A DNA stretch of 52,403 nt, counting the filler, from Candidatus Zhuqueibacterota bacterium (lineage in GTDB: Bacteria > BS750m-G25): the NCBI GenBank assembly GCA_016783505.1. It is 4 parts of 4 records of this genome, joined end to end, with 100 filler letters (N's around TTAATTAATTAA, not from the genome) between each part and the next. Parts side by side here need not be neighbours in the genome. Positions count along the whole stretch, not along the records: positions 13,318 to 26,321 come from JADHWK010000061.1; positions 26,422 to 39,369 come from JADHWK010000062.1; 2 more parts are not named here. One strand, given 5' to 3'. The notes beneath the pieces are model-generated. The model ran no database searches and was not told the origin of the DNA. It saw only the letters and a program-made list of their open reading frames with translations. The position numbers and the translations under genes are program-made. Below, one piece after another: positions 18,615 to 27,312 of this stretch. Position 1 is the stretch's first letter. The number at the start of each line of letters is the position of its first letter.

Positions 18615-21600
18615 ATGATGTGTAGGAAAAAAGAAGAGCTTTTTGCTTTTGAAAGTGCATCTATTGAACTCGATATTGCAATTGATGAGCAAGACGAAAA
18701 AAAGTGTAATCGCATTGTTTCCATTCAGAAAGGAGATATTGCTGCTATTAAAGACGCAAAGAACCCAAAACGATTTCGGGAAGCATTAATCAGAAAAGAA
18801 GGCCTACTTCCAATAAATGTTAATGGAAAGAAGTGTTCCATTGATTTTTGGCATGTTTATTTCCTTGCCAAAAGAATTCGTGGAATACTTCAGAATGAAA
18901 ATACTGACAGCCAATCAAAAAAACTTGACTGGGTTGTAGATATATTAATCAGGGAAGCTACATCTAAAATCCCCGATGATGAACAGTTTCAATACCTTCT
19001 GCTTATGCTTGAATTGGCTGCATGTACTATGGGCGAACAATCCCTGGGCTATGCTGAAAAGGCTCGAATAATTCTTGATGACATTAAAAAAAATACGCCC
19101 CCCTTTCTTGCCAATTGGAGTGATGAAGCCTATGAGGCTCTCATTCACTATAACCAAGGTGTTGCCAAACAACACATGGCTTTGCACGATAAGGCACTGA
19201 ATGAGTATGACCAATCTATTAAAAAAATTCATAAAGTTAAAAATCTTATAGATAAATCATGGTTAACCTACGTATACCATCCCGCAATCCTCCAGAAAGC
19301 GGAGGTTCTTATCAAGATGCAGTTTTCTTATAATGCACTGACGGCGCTAAAAAAAATAGATAATGATAGTTCAAGTATTTTTCATCGACGACGACGCGAA
19401 CTTCTCAAATTAACATGCTATATTGATCTATCAGATTGGGACCGATTTGATTCACACTGGAAAGACACGATAGACTGTGAAAAGAAACAATCTGTTTTTT
19501 GTGAAAACAGCAATTCCATTTTTCAAACACCCATTCCCCGACAAAAGGATATTTTAAATTATCTGGACGCTAAAAAACCTCAACGATCCGTTAACAGAAT
19601 CCCTTTTTCTTTGAGTTCTCAATATAACGCCCATGTACTGGATCGCGCGAAAGAACAATTAGCGCAGAAAGTTAAAGACATTGAAAATGAAAAAAATGTA
19701 GAAAAGAAGGGTAAGAAAATTAGAGAAATAAAGGATTATAAAATCTTTTCATTTCTTAAAGACTACATTAAGCAATGTGAGCATAATAGATTTGAGAAGC
19801 TGACGCTCGAAGAAGCGATCCTGGATTATATTGAAATCGTTGGTAGGCTGATTACGAAAGATAAGGGATTTACAAAATCTCCAGATGATTCCTGTAGAGA
19901 TGGACTAGAGGAATTAGTAAGTATTTTAAAAAACAATTCATTTATAAATGAGATAGATTCATTAGACAAGCCATTGGTGCAAAGTGAAACAGTTCAAAAA
20001 GCAAGAAAAGTTTCAGAAGAGATCAATGATTCATTCCTGAAGAAATGGTTCTGCGAAAAAGAAGATGGATTTGATGATTCACTTCCCGAGGACGTAAAAA
20101 TATTTTTTAACTTTGAGAAAGAACTTATCGAAAAACTGATATTCTTGGAGAAACGGACAGATTTACTGCAAAGGATGTATGATAAAAGATCTTTGCAAGA
20201 GCGCGAAATGCTTCTCTCTACAATTTCTAAAAATAAATTTTGTACGAAAAATATTGAAGAATTAAAAACAAAGCTGATAATTTATAAAGATGCTAAAATT
20301 CATGATAACCAAACTAATTGCCTTCAAGAAATTATAAAAGCCATAGACGGCAAACATCCCATTGCCAAGGATTTATTTACGTTGAAGTTCGGAGACTATG
20401 ATAATGTTTTGAAACGGGAGGAACGAAAGTTTCAGAAACACACTACGGGGCGAAGCATCCAACCTCTGCCGGTAAGAGAAGAAAGTAAAAAAGAAAAGTC
20501 GCCAAGTGTCAATTATGTGGGGCTGCGTCGCTGGAACTCCTACACTCCGGAGCTTTCATTTTCCGTGGGTGGAGGCCACTTTGTGTTCCTGTCGGAGGGG
20601 GAAAAAAACAATAAGGGTAAAGTCGGTATTGGCATAGCTGTGGACCCAGGTTTTGATTTCATACGCAATTTTTTTCGCCAAGGTTTTACGCTTACCGATA
20701 TTGATGTCATTCTTCTTACCCATGGTCATCCTGATCACATAAGGGATTTCCCCGCCGTCGTTGAATTGTTGCATGAAAATAAAAAACGCGGAAACGGCCA
20801 GGAAAAGAAAATATATGCCGTTATGAGCCTTGGCTGTTATGAAAGGCTCGATGATTATATTGTAAGGGATCCTTTTAAACTCCTCTTTTATGATACCATC
20901 ATCGTAGACATTGATCAGGGAAGAGAAAATATACAAGACAAAGAGATATGTTTCACATACGACTCGGGAAATAAGGATCATCAAGTAAAACTGATACCTC
21001 CTCAGCCAGACTCGCCCCCAAACGGGGGCAAGAAAATTAGCATACAGTATTTCCCAGCATTCCATACTGACCACAGCGAATCAGATAGCTATGGTTACAT
21101 CATAAAATTAAAGGGCGGTGATGTATCAATCGGATTTACGGGCGACTCAAAGTGGTTTTATGGATACGCCAAAAAATTTGAGAAATGTGACATGATCTGC
21201 TCGCATATCGGATCAATAGCAGAGCCCAAAAAGGATAAGCGACTCAAGGACTATACGACGGTTGGCAAGGTCGAAAGGCTCATGAGGACGAAAGGCCACC
21301 CCTATCTGTTCGGAGAAATTCTCTTTTGGCAGGATTGGCTGAAAATATTCAAAGAGAACGGGAAAAAGACCTTAATGCTCATGTCAGAATTTGGCGAGGA
21401 GATGAAGGGGAAAATCCGGTTCGATCTGGCACAGAGGTTTAATATGCCAGCAAATGGAGGATGTTGTTGGACCGGTTTCGAGCCAGAGCCAAAGAGCGAT
21501 TGGAACTGTAAGTATTATGAGCATTGCAAAGAAGGGGCAAAAAACATGATGGTCATTCCCGTCGACGTGGGGCTTCGAATCAGCATTCCCCTCGGAAAAG

Positions 21601-21830
21601 GAGATGGTCAAAATGAGCAGAGTAACGGTTCTCATCCCCATAGGATACATTGTGTTGTGTGTGACGATTTTGTCGCCCCCGATGAGATCGATTATGAGGT
21701 ATACAGCCACGAAGAAGCAATTTTCTATATCTGCAAAACTTGTCTCCGTTCTACATCCTTTGATGTAAGGCACTCGATATATCAAAAGTATCATGAGAAT
21801 GGCCGTGAGATAGAGAAAGATGACTTATAG
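18615..21830 (+). CDS. Large TPR-like/helical + metallo-beta-lactamase-fold hydrolase + C-terminal Zn-finger protein
   Basis: LRRWNSYTP, VDPGFDF, THGHPDH (HxHxDH), FH.D, FTGDS, SEFGEE; CVVC...CKTC. Confidence 0.8.
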   Translation: MMCRKKEELFAFESASIELDIAIDEQDEKKCNRIVSIQKGDIAAIKDAKNPKRFREALIRKEGLLPINVNGKKCSIDFWHVYFLAKRIRGILQNENTDSQSKKLDWVVDILIREATSKIPDDEQFQYLLLMLELAACTMGEQSLGYAEKARIILDDIKKNTPPFLANWSDEAYEALIHYNQGVAKQHMALHDKALNEYDQSIKKIHKVKNLIDKSWLTYVYHPAILQKAEVLIKMQFSYNALTALKKIDNDSSSIFHRRRRELLKLTCYIDLSDWDRFDSHWKDTIDCEKKQSVFCENSNSIFQTPIPRQKDILNYLDAKKPQRSVNRIPFSLSSQYNAHVLDRAKEQLAQKVKDIENEKNVEKKGKKIREIKDYKIFSFLKDYIKQCEHNRFEKLTLEEAILDYIEIVGRLITKDKGFTKSPDDSCRDGLEELVSILKNNSFINEIDSLDKPLVQSETVQKARKVSEEINDSFLKKWFCEKEDGFDDSLPEDVKIFFNFEKELIEKLIFLEKRTDLLQRMYDKRSLQEREMLLSTISKNKFCTKNIEELKTKLIIYKDAKIHDNQTNCLQEIIKAIDGKHPIAKDLFTLKFGDYDNVLKREERKFQKHTTGRSIQPLPVREESKKEKSPSVNYVGLRRWNSYTPELSFSVGGGHFVFLSEGEKNNKGKVGIGIAVDPGFDFIRNFFRQGFTLTDIDVILLTHGHPDHIRDFPAVVELLHENKKRGNGQEKKIYAVMSLGCYERLDDYIVRDPFKLLFYDTIIVDIDQGRENIQDKEICFTYDSGNKDHQVKLIPPQPDSPPNGGKKISIQYFPAFHTDHSESDSYGYIIKLKGGDVSIGFTGDSKWFYGYAKKFEKCDMICSHIGSIAEPKKDKRLKDYTTVGKVERLMRTKGHPYLFGEILFWQDWLKIFKENGKKTLMLMSEFGEEMKGKIRFDLAQRFNMPANGGCCWTGFEPEPKSDWNCKYYEHCKEGAKNMMVIPVDVGLRISIPLGKGDGQNEQSNGSHPHRIHCVVCDDFVAPDEIDYEVYSHEEAIFYICKTCLRSTSFDVRHSIYQKYHENGREIEKDDL

Positions 21831-22620
21831 AGAACCCAATCTGGCCGCTGCCGCTATCGGGCTTATTCGCGCAGTTAATGATTCTCTTGAACTTGGGAGA
21901 AGGGCAATCCCCTCTTATGTTTTGAGCTATGAAGGTCTAACTTCATCTCTTGTAGCTGATGAAGAACTCCGCCAAACTCAGAAGGATGATGGGGGCTGGA
22001 ATAATGTTCGTGACACGGCACTGCTTGCGGCACTATGTCACCTTCGCAGATCACTCCAGGACTGTTACCAGTCTGCTCTTTCCTGGCTTACAGAAGTCCG
22101 AAAAGACAATGGGGAGTGGGGTTTAACTGAACGTGATACGAGCCGCATCCCAGTTACTGGGCTTTTGCTTTATCTCCTCCCCGAACTTTCCGACCAAAAG
22201 GTGGTAAACTGGCTCAAAAATGAATGGAGGAAGGATTTTGAGGGTGCCACCAGACTTACTTACAAGGGGGCCTTCTTCTTGTTAGGATTGTCCGCGTCAA
22301 GGGTAGCCATTGATGATTGCCCGTTGATTGAGGAAACTTACTCTTTCCTGCATGCTGAACAAAACCAAGACGGCGGGTTTGGGCCTTGGAAGGACCATCC
22401 CATTGGGAGTGAACCCTGGTCAACCGGAATTGTGCTGCTCGGTTTGGTTTCTTATCCTGATCTGACAGATCGAAGCGTTATAGAAAGGGCCGTCAACTGG
22501 CTGGCTGAGAATCAATTGCCCAATGGCTTGTGGGCCTATCACTATATTGAAGAAGGCTCTGCCTATGCATACTGGGGATTGGTGGAAGCATTAAAATATT
22601 TATCGAAAGAGTCAAACTGA
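21820..22620 (+). CDS. Prenyltransferase/squalene-cyclase repeat (alpha/alpha toroid) protein
   Basis: QW-like repeats QKDDGGW, RKDNGEW, QNQDGGF, QLPNGLW. Confidence 0.8.
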   Translation: MTYREPNLAAAAIGLIRAVNDSLELGRRAIPSYVLSYEGLTSSLVADEELRQTQKDDGGWNNVRDTALLAALCHLRRSLQDCYQSALSWLTEVRKDNGEWGLTERDTSRIPVTGLLLYLLPELSDQKVVNWLKNEWRKDFEGATRLTYKGAFFLLGLSASRVAIDDCPLIEETYSFLHAEQNQDGGFGPWKDHPIGSEPWSTGIVLLGLVSYPDLTDRSVIERAVNWLAENQLPNGLWAYHYIEEGSAYAYWGLVEALKYLSKESN

Positions 22621-24434
22621 TGTGTGGAATTTGTGGAATATATAACGAAAAGAACTTAAGCACAGTAACCGCCATGCTTGAATCTATTCACCATCGTGGG
22701 CCTGACTCTTTTAGGACTATGCTATTTGGAAAACACTCTCTGGGAGAATGCGGGCTAAATATTGTTAGAAGTAAAGACGATACGTTACCTTTGATAGATG
22801 AGGAAAATGAGATAGCCCTGCTTTTTAATGGGGAGATTTACAATTATCAAGAGATCAAAGATGAACTAGTAAAGGAAGGATATATTTTCACTTCCAATAC
22901 AGACTCAGAAGTGATTATCCCTCTTTATAGAAAATACGGGAAGGATTTCGTGAAGCATCTGAAGGGGATGTTTGCAATTGTCATTATAGATAAAGAGCAG
23001 ATTATCCTGGCCCGTGATAAGTTCGGTATTAAGCCCCTTTATTATTATCAGATAGGTGACAGGCTTATCTTTGGTTCCGAGATAAAGGCCTTGCTCCAGT
23101 ATCCTGATGTTCCGGCTGACCTGGACCTGGAATCATTAAAAGAGCTAATGGTCTTCGGGTACATCTTTTCTCCTGACCGAACGCTGCTGAAAGATATTTA
23201 CCAGGTTTCTCCCGGATCGGTTGTTATTTTTGGTGGGAATAGGATTTCGGAACACAAATATTATCAAATCCCCACTCCCTTTTATCAGGATAACGGGAAT
23301 ATCGTCTATGAAGATTCTATCCTCCAATTGACAGCGAGTTTGCTAAAGACTTTTGAATTATTCCATGATCACGGGGATCAGGAAAAGGGCATATATCTGT
23401 CAGGTGGTCTGGATTCCACACTAATGGCGGTTCTGTCGAAGGAAGTTATAAACAAGCCCATCCACACTTACACCCTGTATGATTCCGAAGATGCCCCGGA
23501 TTTTAATTATGCCCGGAGAGCCGCAAGGGCTATAGGGTCCAAGCATCATGAATTTCTCGTCACGCCTGAAGATTACTTTAAAGAACTACCCCATTTTGTG
23601 TATCACTATGAAAATCTCATCGCAGGTGGCGTATTTGATATTCAGGGCGGTATAGCCTTTCAGATTCTCTCAGAGCATATTTCTGACTTTCACAAGGTGG
23701 CCTTTACCGGTGAAGGGGCAGATGAACTCTTTGGAGGGTATTACTGGATTTATACCCATCCATTGGGTTTCTCCGACAGAATCAGAGAAAGGGCCTCTAA
23801 GCTTCCTGCCTATTCCAGAGTAAGGAAGGTCGTCCAGGATATTTTCCCCCCACCTGAGGACGAAGCAACCTATAGGAAGAATCTGTTCCATATACTTATG
23901 GGAGCAGGTCTTGCAAATTACCATTTATGGAGTGTGGACAGGTCCTGTGGTTCCTTTGGATTCGAAGCAAGGCCTCCTTACCTATATGATGATCTTGCCG
24001 AATATGCCCTGTCACTTCCTATTGACTTCAAGGTCTCTGGTAAATCGATCACCAAGAAGATACTTAAAGACGTGGCGCAGCCTTTTTTCAGGAAACATGG
24101 CTTGGAAGAAATTTTAACAAGAAAAAAATACGGAATGCCTGCTGCCATTGACGGTATAAGCCCCAAAATAAGACGACAGATCAATAATCTCGTCCCGTAC
24201 GAAACTATTGAGCAACACCCTTTCAGGGATTACATCAAAGACGCTGTGGATGTCTTAATGTTTGACCTGTTTTATTACTTCGTAATCCAAAAGCGGGGAA
24301 AGTTCGAGACCGGATTTTCAATAGATGAGTTTTATAAAGGTCGCATAAATGAAGATATGTATGATCAGCAAATATCCGCCCATTCAGGGGGGAATTTCCG
24401 CCAAGACCTACTGGTTGGCACAGGGCCTTGCTGA
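22620..24434 (+). CDS. Asparagine synthetase B-family amidotransferase
   Basis: MCGICG (Cys1 nucleophile), HRGPD, FNGEIYN, ARDKFGIKPLYY, LSGGLDS, TGEGADELFGGY. Confidence 0.9.
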   Translation: MCGICGIYNEKNLSTVTAMLESIHHRGPDSFRTMLFGKHSLGECGLNIVRSKDDTLPLIDEENEIALLFNGEIYNYQEIKDELVKEGYIFTSNTDSEVIIPLYRKYGKDFVKHLKGMFAIVIIDKEQIILARDKFGIKPLYYYQIGDRLIFGSEIKALLQYPDVPADLDLESLKELMVFGYIFSPDRTLLKDIYQVSPGSVVIFGGNRISEHKYYQIPTPFYQDNGNIVYEDSILQLTASLLKTFELFHDHGDQEKGIYLSGGLDSTLMAVLSKEVINKPIHTYTLYDSEDAPDFNYARRAARAIGSKHHEFLVTPEDYFKELPHFVYHYENLIAGGVFDIQGGIAFQILSEHISDFHKVAFTGEGADELFGGYYWIYTHPLGFSDRIRERASKLPAYSRVRKVVQDIFPPPEDEATYRKNLFHILMGAGLANYHLWSVDRSCGSFGFEARPPYLYDDLAEYALSLPIDFKVSGKSITKKILKDVAQPFFRKHGLEEILTRKKYGMPAAIDGISPKIRRQINNLVPYETIEQHPFRDYIKDAVDVLMFDLFYYFVIQKRGKFETGFSIDEFYKGRINEDMYDQQISAHSGGNFRQDLLVGTGPC

Positions 24435-25464
24435 AAGAGGTATTGAGACCCATGTAGTCACCAACGGAAATTGTGTAGAGAGCGAATATCGTATTGAGGA
24501 TACCTCTCCTAAACCGCATCCTAACCTGCATATCCATTTCATAGATCCTGACCTCCCATGGCATATCCCTTATTCTGACTTGTATGTCCCAAGGTTATTG
24601 GACAAGGCCCTTCAAGTAACCCGCGAAAACCAAGTTGCTCTCATAGACACAGGATACCTCATCCCGTATGGAATCGTGGGATATCTCCTTTCTGAGATGA
24701 CAGGAATCCCCTATGTCTTGCGGCATGGCGGCAGTGACCTCGAGAAGTTCTTCCGACAGGGAGTATTTAGTGATCTTCTGAAAAAGGTGATTCAAAGCGC
24801 GGCGGCCATCATCACCGATAGGCACAACAAGGAGGTCTTTCAGAGTCTCAATTCGCGCCTGTACATAGTGCCCAGGTATATCCCCGACGAGAGATATTTC
24901 AGGCCTTCCATATCACCACATGACACGCCAACCTTCGCCTATATAGGGAAGATTAACTATCACTGGAGGCATAAAAGCCTACACAGAATTGCGGAAATAT
25001 TTGATGGGCTTAAAAGGGACTACCGCTTGATTTTTGTTGGTCAAGGCAAGGGATTCGAGGACTTTTCGGAATTCGTTTCGGGATATGGCCTGAGGGGATT
25101 TGAGTTTCGCCAATTCGTCCATCCTGCGAATATGCCTGGTTTGCTCAATGAGATAGATTTCCTGATTTGCTTTACAAAAGACAACCCCATCAAAGACTTT
25201 ATGAATATTTTCTCCGAAGCCCTGTGGTCGGGAGTCCGGGTGCTCACTGATGATACAATGGATTTGGACACCTATACGGAACATATTGAACTGGCTGATC
25301 AGGCTCAGATAGTCAATCTGCCCATAGATGATGTTGGAGCGACACAATCCAAAATCATTGATATGATAAGAGACTGGGACGGGCCATCTCGATACAACAA
25401 CAAATTGAAATACGACTTCAATAGATATTTGGACGCAAATTTGGAGATATATCATCGGATTTGA
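24349..25464 (+). CDS. GT-B (GT4-like) glycosyltransferase
   Basis: MKICMISKYPPIQGG...LAERG..THVVT, HGGSDL, EALWSG. Confidence 0.82.
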   Translation: MKICMISKYPPIQGGISAKTYWLAQGLAERGIETHVVTNGNCVESEYRIEDTSPKPHPNLHIHFIDPDLPWHIPYSDLYVPRLLDKALQVTRENQVALIDTGYLIPYGIVGYLLSEMTGIPYVLRHGGSDLEKFFRQGVFSDLLKKVIQSAAAIITDRHNKEVFQSLNSRLYIVPRYIPDERYFRPSISPHDTPTFAYIGKINYHWRHKSLHRIAEIFDGLKRDYRLIFVGQGKGFEDFSEFVSGYGLRGFEFRQFVHPANMPGLLNEIDFLICFTKDNPIKDFMNIFSEALWSGVRVLTDDTMDLDTYTEHIELADQAQIVNLPIDDVGATQSKIIDMIRDWDGPSRYNNKLKYDFNRYLDANLEIYHRI

Positions 25465-25476
25465 ACAAACTTGGTG

Positions 25477-25986
25477 ATGAAAATTCTTATAACGGGCATC
25501 GGCAATATCGGGAAAAGCACCCTAAGGGAGATGGTGGCTCACAAATTCCCCGATCGGGTTATTCAAATAGATATGGACTACCATTCCCATGAGGACATCC
25601 CGGAATCCTCTGACAAGGTTATACTGGTTGAAGACGTGCATGGTCTGGAAAGGAATCCTGAGCAATATGACAAAATAATTTATCTTATGCCACCGTCAAA
25701 TCACTTCATCTTGTGGCTGAAGAGGGCTTGGGCATGGTTTTCCGGTGGAATAGTTGATTTATCTGCCCCAAAAGGTATTAATAAGCACTGTGCATTTTCC
25801 AACATCCCGATAATTGTGAAGATAGTGTTGAGGAATATCGTGTCGGCCAGGCGATGGGTCCTGGGCGATATGGAGACCATAAAGAGGAAATTCGAGGACA
25901 AAACCGTCATAGTTGATACTGTATCTGACGGCTTTCAGGAAATTGGAAAATTACTTTCACGAAATGGGAGTGAGGAAATTATATGA
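25477..25986 (+). CDS. P-loop nucleotide-kinase-like protein
   Basis: MKILITGIGNIGKST Walker A at N-terminus. Confidence 0.72.
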   Translation: MKILITGIGNIGKSTLREMVAHKFPDRVIQIDMDYHSHEDIPESSDKVILVEDVHGLERNPEQYDKIIYLMPPSNHFILWLKRAWAWFSGGIVDLSAPKGINKHCAFSNIPIIVKIVLRNIVSARRWVLGDMETIKRKFEDKTVIVDTVSDGFQEIGKLLSRNGSEEII

Positions 25987-26058
25987 AAAGCCGCTGAATT
26001 GAATTTCAGATTTTAGATTGAACGCCATTTACAATAAAGCTGAAAGGAAACTGGAGAT

Positions 26059-26184
26059 ATGGCCCGAAAGAAAAAAGGAAATGAAGCAAAGGTCGAGGAT
26101 TACAGGCATGGGGATGCAAAACGGAAGAACATTCCTCCGGTTGGATTGGCTGCCTGTTGCCACACTCCTGAGGTGGCCAAATAG
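26059..26184 (+). pseudogene. Truncated N-terminus of a Mod-type DNA methyltransferase
   Basis: MARKKKGNEAKVEDYRHGDAKRKNIPPVGLA.. stops after 41 codons; GGAG RBS; DYRH..KRKNIPP.GLA resembles Mod-type N-termini (recalled, not searched). Confidence 0.5.
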
Positions 26185-26321
26185 AGGTTTTTTTCTAATC
26201 TGTAAGGCGGTCATTACCCAATTTTGATATAGCCGCAAAAAGGCACAAAATACACAAAAATAATAATTTACATATTGGAATATCAAATAGTTATGGGCGT
26301 CAAAAATACAAATTTGGACTT

Positions 26322-26421
26322 NNNNNNNNNNNNNNNNNNNNNNNNNNNNNNNNNNNNNNNNNNNNTTAATTAATTAANNNNNNNNNNNNNNNNNNNNNNN
26401 NNNNNNNNNNNNNNNNNNNNN
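26322..26421. other. Artificial contig linker
   Basis: N-run with TTAATTAATTAA. Confidence 0.98.
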
Positions 26422-26423
26422 GA

Positions 26424-26654
26424 ATCATCGTCACCGCCGAAGAGCATCAGGTGGGGGGGTTCGGCAATCAGGTGGCCGCCGCTATACCTCAAGCCCAGGA
26501 AGTTTACGGAAAGCCCGTCCTCATGGGAATGATCGGGGTCAAGGACCGCTTCGGGGAATCGGGAGCTCCCTGGGAGCTGATCAAGGAATTTGAAGTCAGC
26601 GCTGAACACATTGCCGAGAAGGCGAAGAAACTTTTCAACCTTAAGAAAAAATAA
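26424..26654 (+). CDS. Transketolase C-terminal subunit (5' truncated)
   Basis: IVTAEEHQVGGFG...IGVKDRFGESG..ELIKEF. Confidence 0.85.
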   Translation: MIVTAEEHQVGGFGNQVAAAIPQAQEVYGKPVLMGMIGVKDRFGESGAPWELIKEFEVSAEHIAEKAKKLFNLKKK

Positions 26655-26659
26655 GTGGA

Positions 26660-27154
26660 TTGAAGGTGAACAAGAATTTATCTGATTTATTAACACGTTT
26701 AAAGAAAGAACTTTTAGCTTCCCAAGGCGACAATATCGTCTCAATAGTGATATTTGGCTCCGTGGGAAGGGATGAGTTTGATAAAACATCCGATGTTGAC
26801 GTCTTAATAGTTTGTCACCAACTACCCAAAAGCTGTTTTAAAAGGAGTGATTTTTTCATTAATGTTGAGAAGAAACTAAAGGAAACGGGATCCGGACTTT
26901 ATTCGTCAGGTCATCGCCCTTTTCTATCACCGATCATTAAAACAACTGCCGAGGCCAGAATTATCACCCCCCTTTACTTAGATATGGTAGAAGATGCGAT
27001 GATAATCTATGATAGGGATGATTTTTTCGCAGAAATTCTTCAAAAGGTTAAGCAGAAACTGGATAAACTGGGGAGTAAAAGAATTTATCGGAATGGAAAA
27101 TGGTATTGGGACTTGAAACCCTCCTATAAATTTGGTGAGATTTTTGAAATATGA
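26660..27154 (+). CDS. Minimal nucleotidyltransferase (MNT antitoxin type)
   Basis: FGSVGR...SDVDVL; C-terminal WYWDLKP. Confidence 0.85.
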   Translation: MKVNKNLSDLLTRLKKELLASQGDNIVSIVIFGSVGRDEFDKTSDVDVLIVCHQLPKSCFKRSDFFINVEKKLKETGSGLYSSGHRPFLSPIIKTTAEARIITPLYLDMVEDAMIIYDRDDFFAEILQKVKQKLDKLGSKRIYRNGKWYWDLKPSYKFGEIFEI

Positions 27155-27238
27155 CTAAATAATGAAGCTGATGCCAAAGAGGCGATGGAATGGGCGGGGT
27201 TCATTGTAAAAATAGTTAAGGAAAATTTAAGGGAATAA
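27151..27238 (+). pseudogene. Internally deleted HEPN partner gene
   Basis: ATGA-coupled start (MT..) joined out of frame to NEADAKEAMEWAGFIVKIVKENLRE*, resembling a HEPN terminal helix. Confidence 0.55.
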
Positions 27239-27312
27239 AAAAGTCGGATGGTCCAGAAGTTTCTTGACATATTCGACCCATAAGATTGTCATTATAGGTA
27301 AACAGGGAAGTT

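Noticed and set aside
17369-24434. Lasso peptide cluster (YxxPxL leader + RRE + AsnB-like)
   Set aside because: No leader peptidase, AsnB retains Cys1 glutaminase, and the core lacks a suitable Asp/Glu acceptor.
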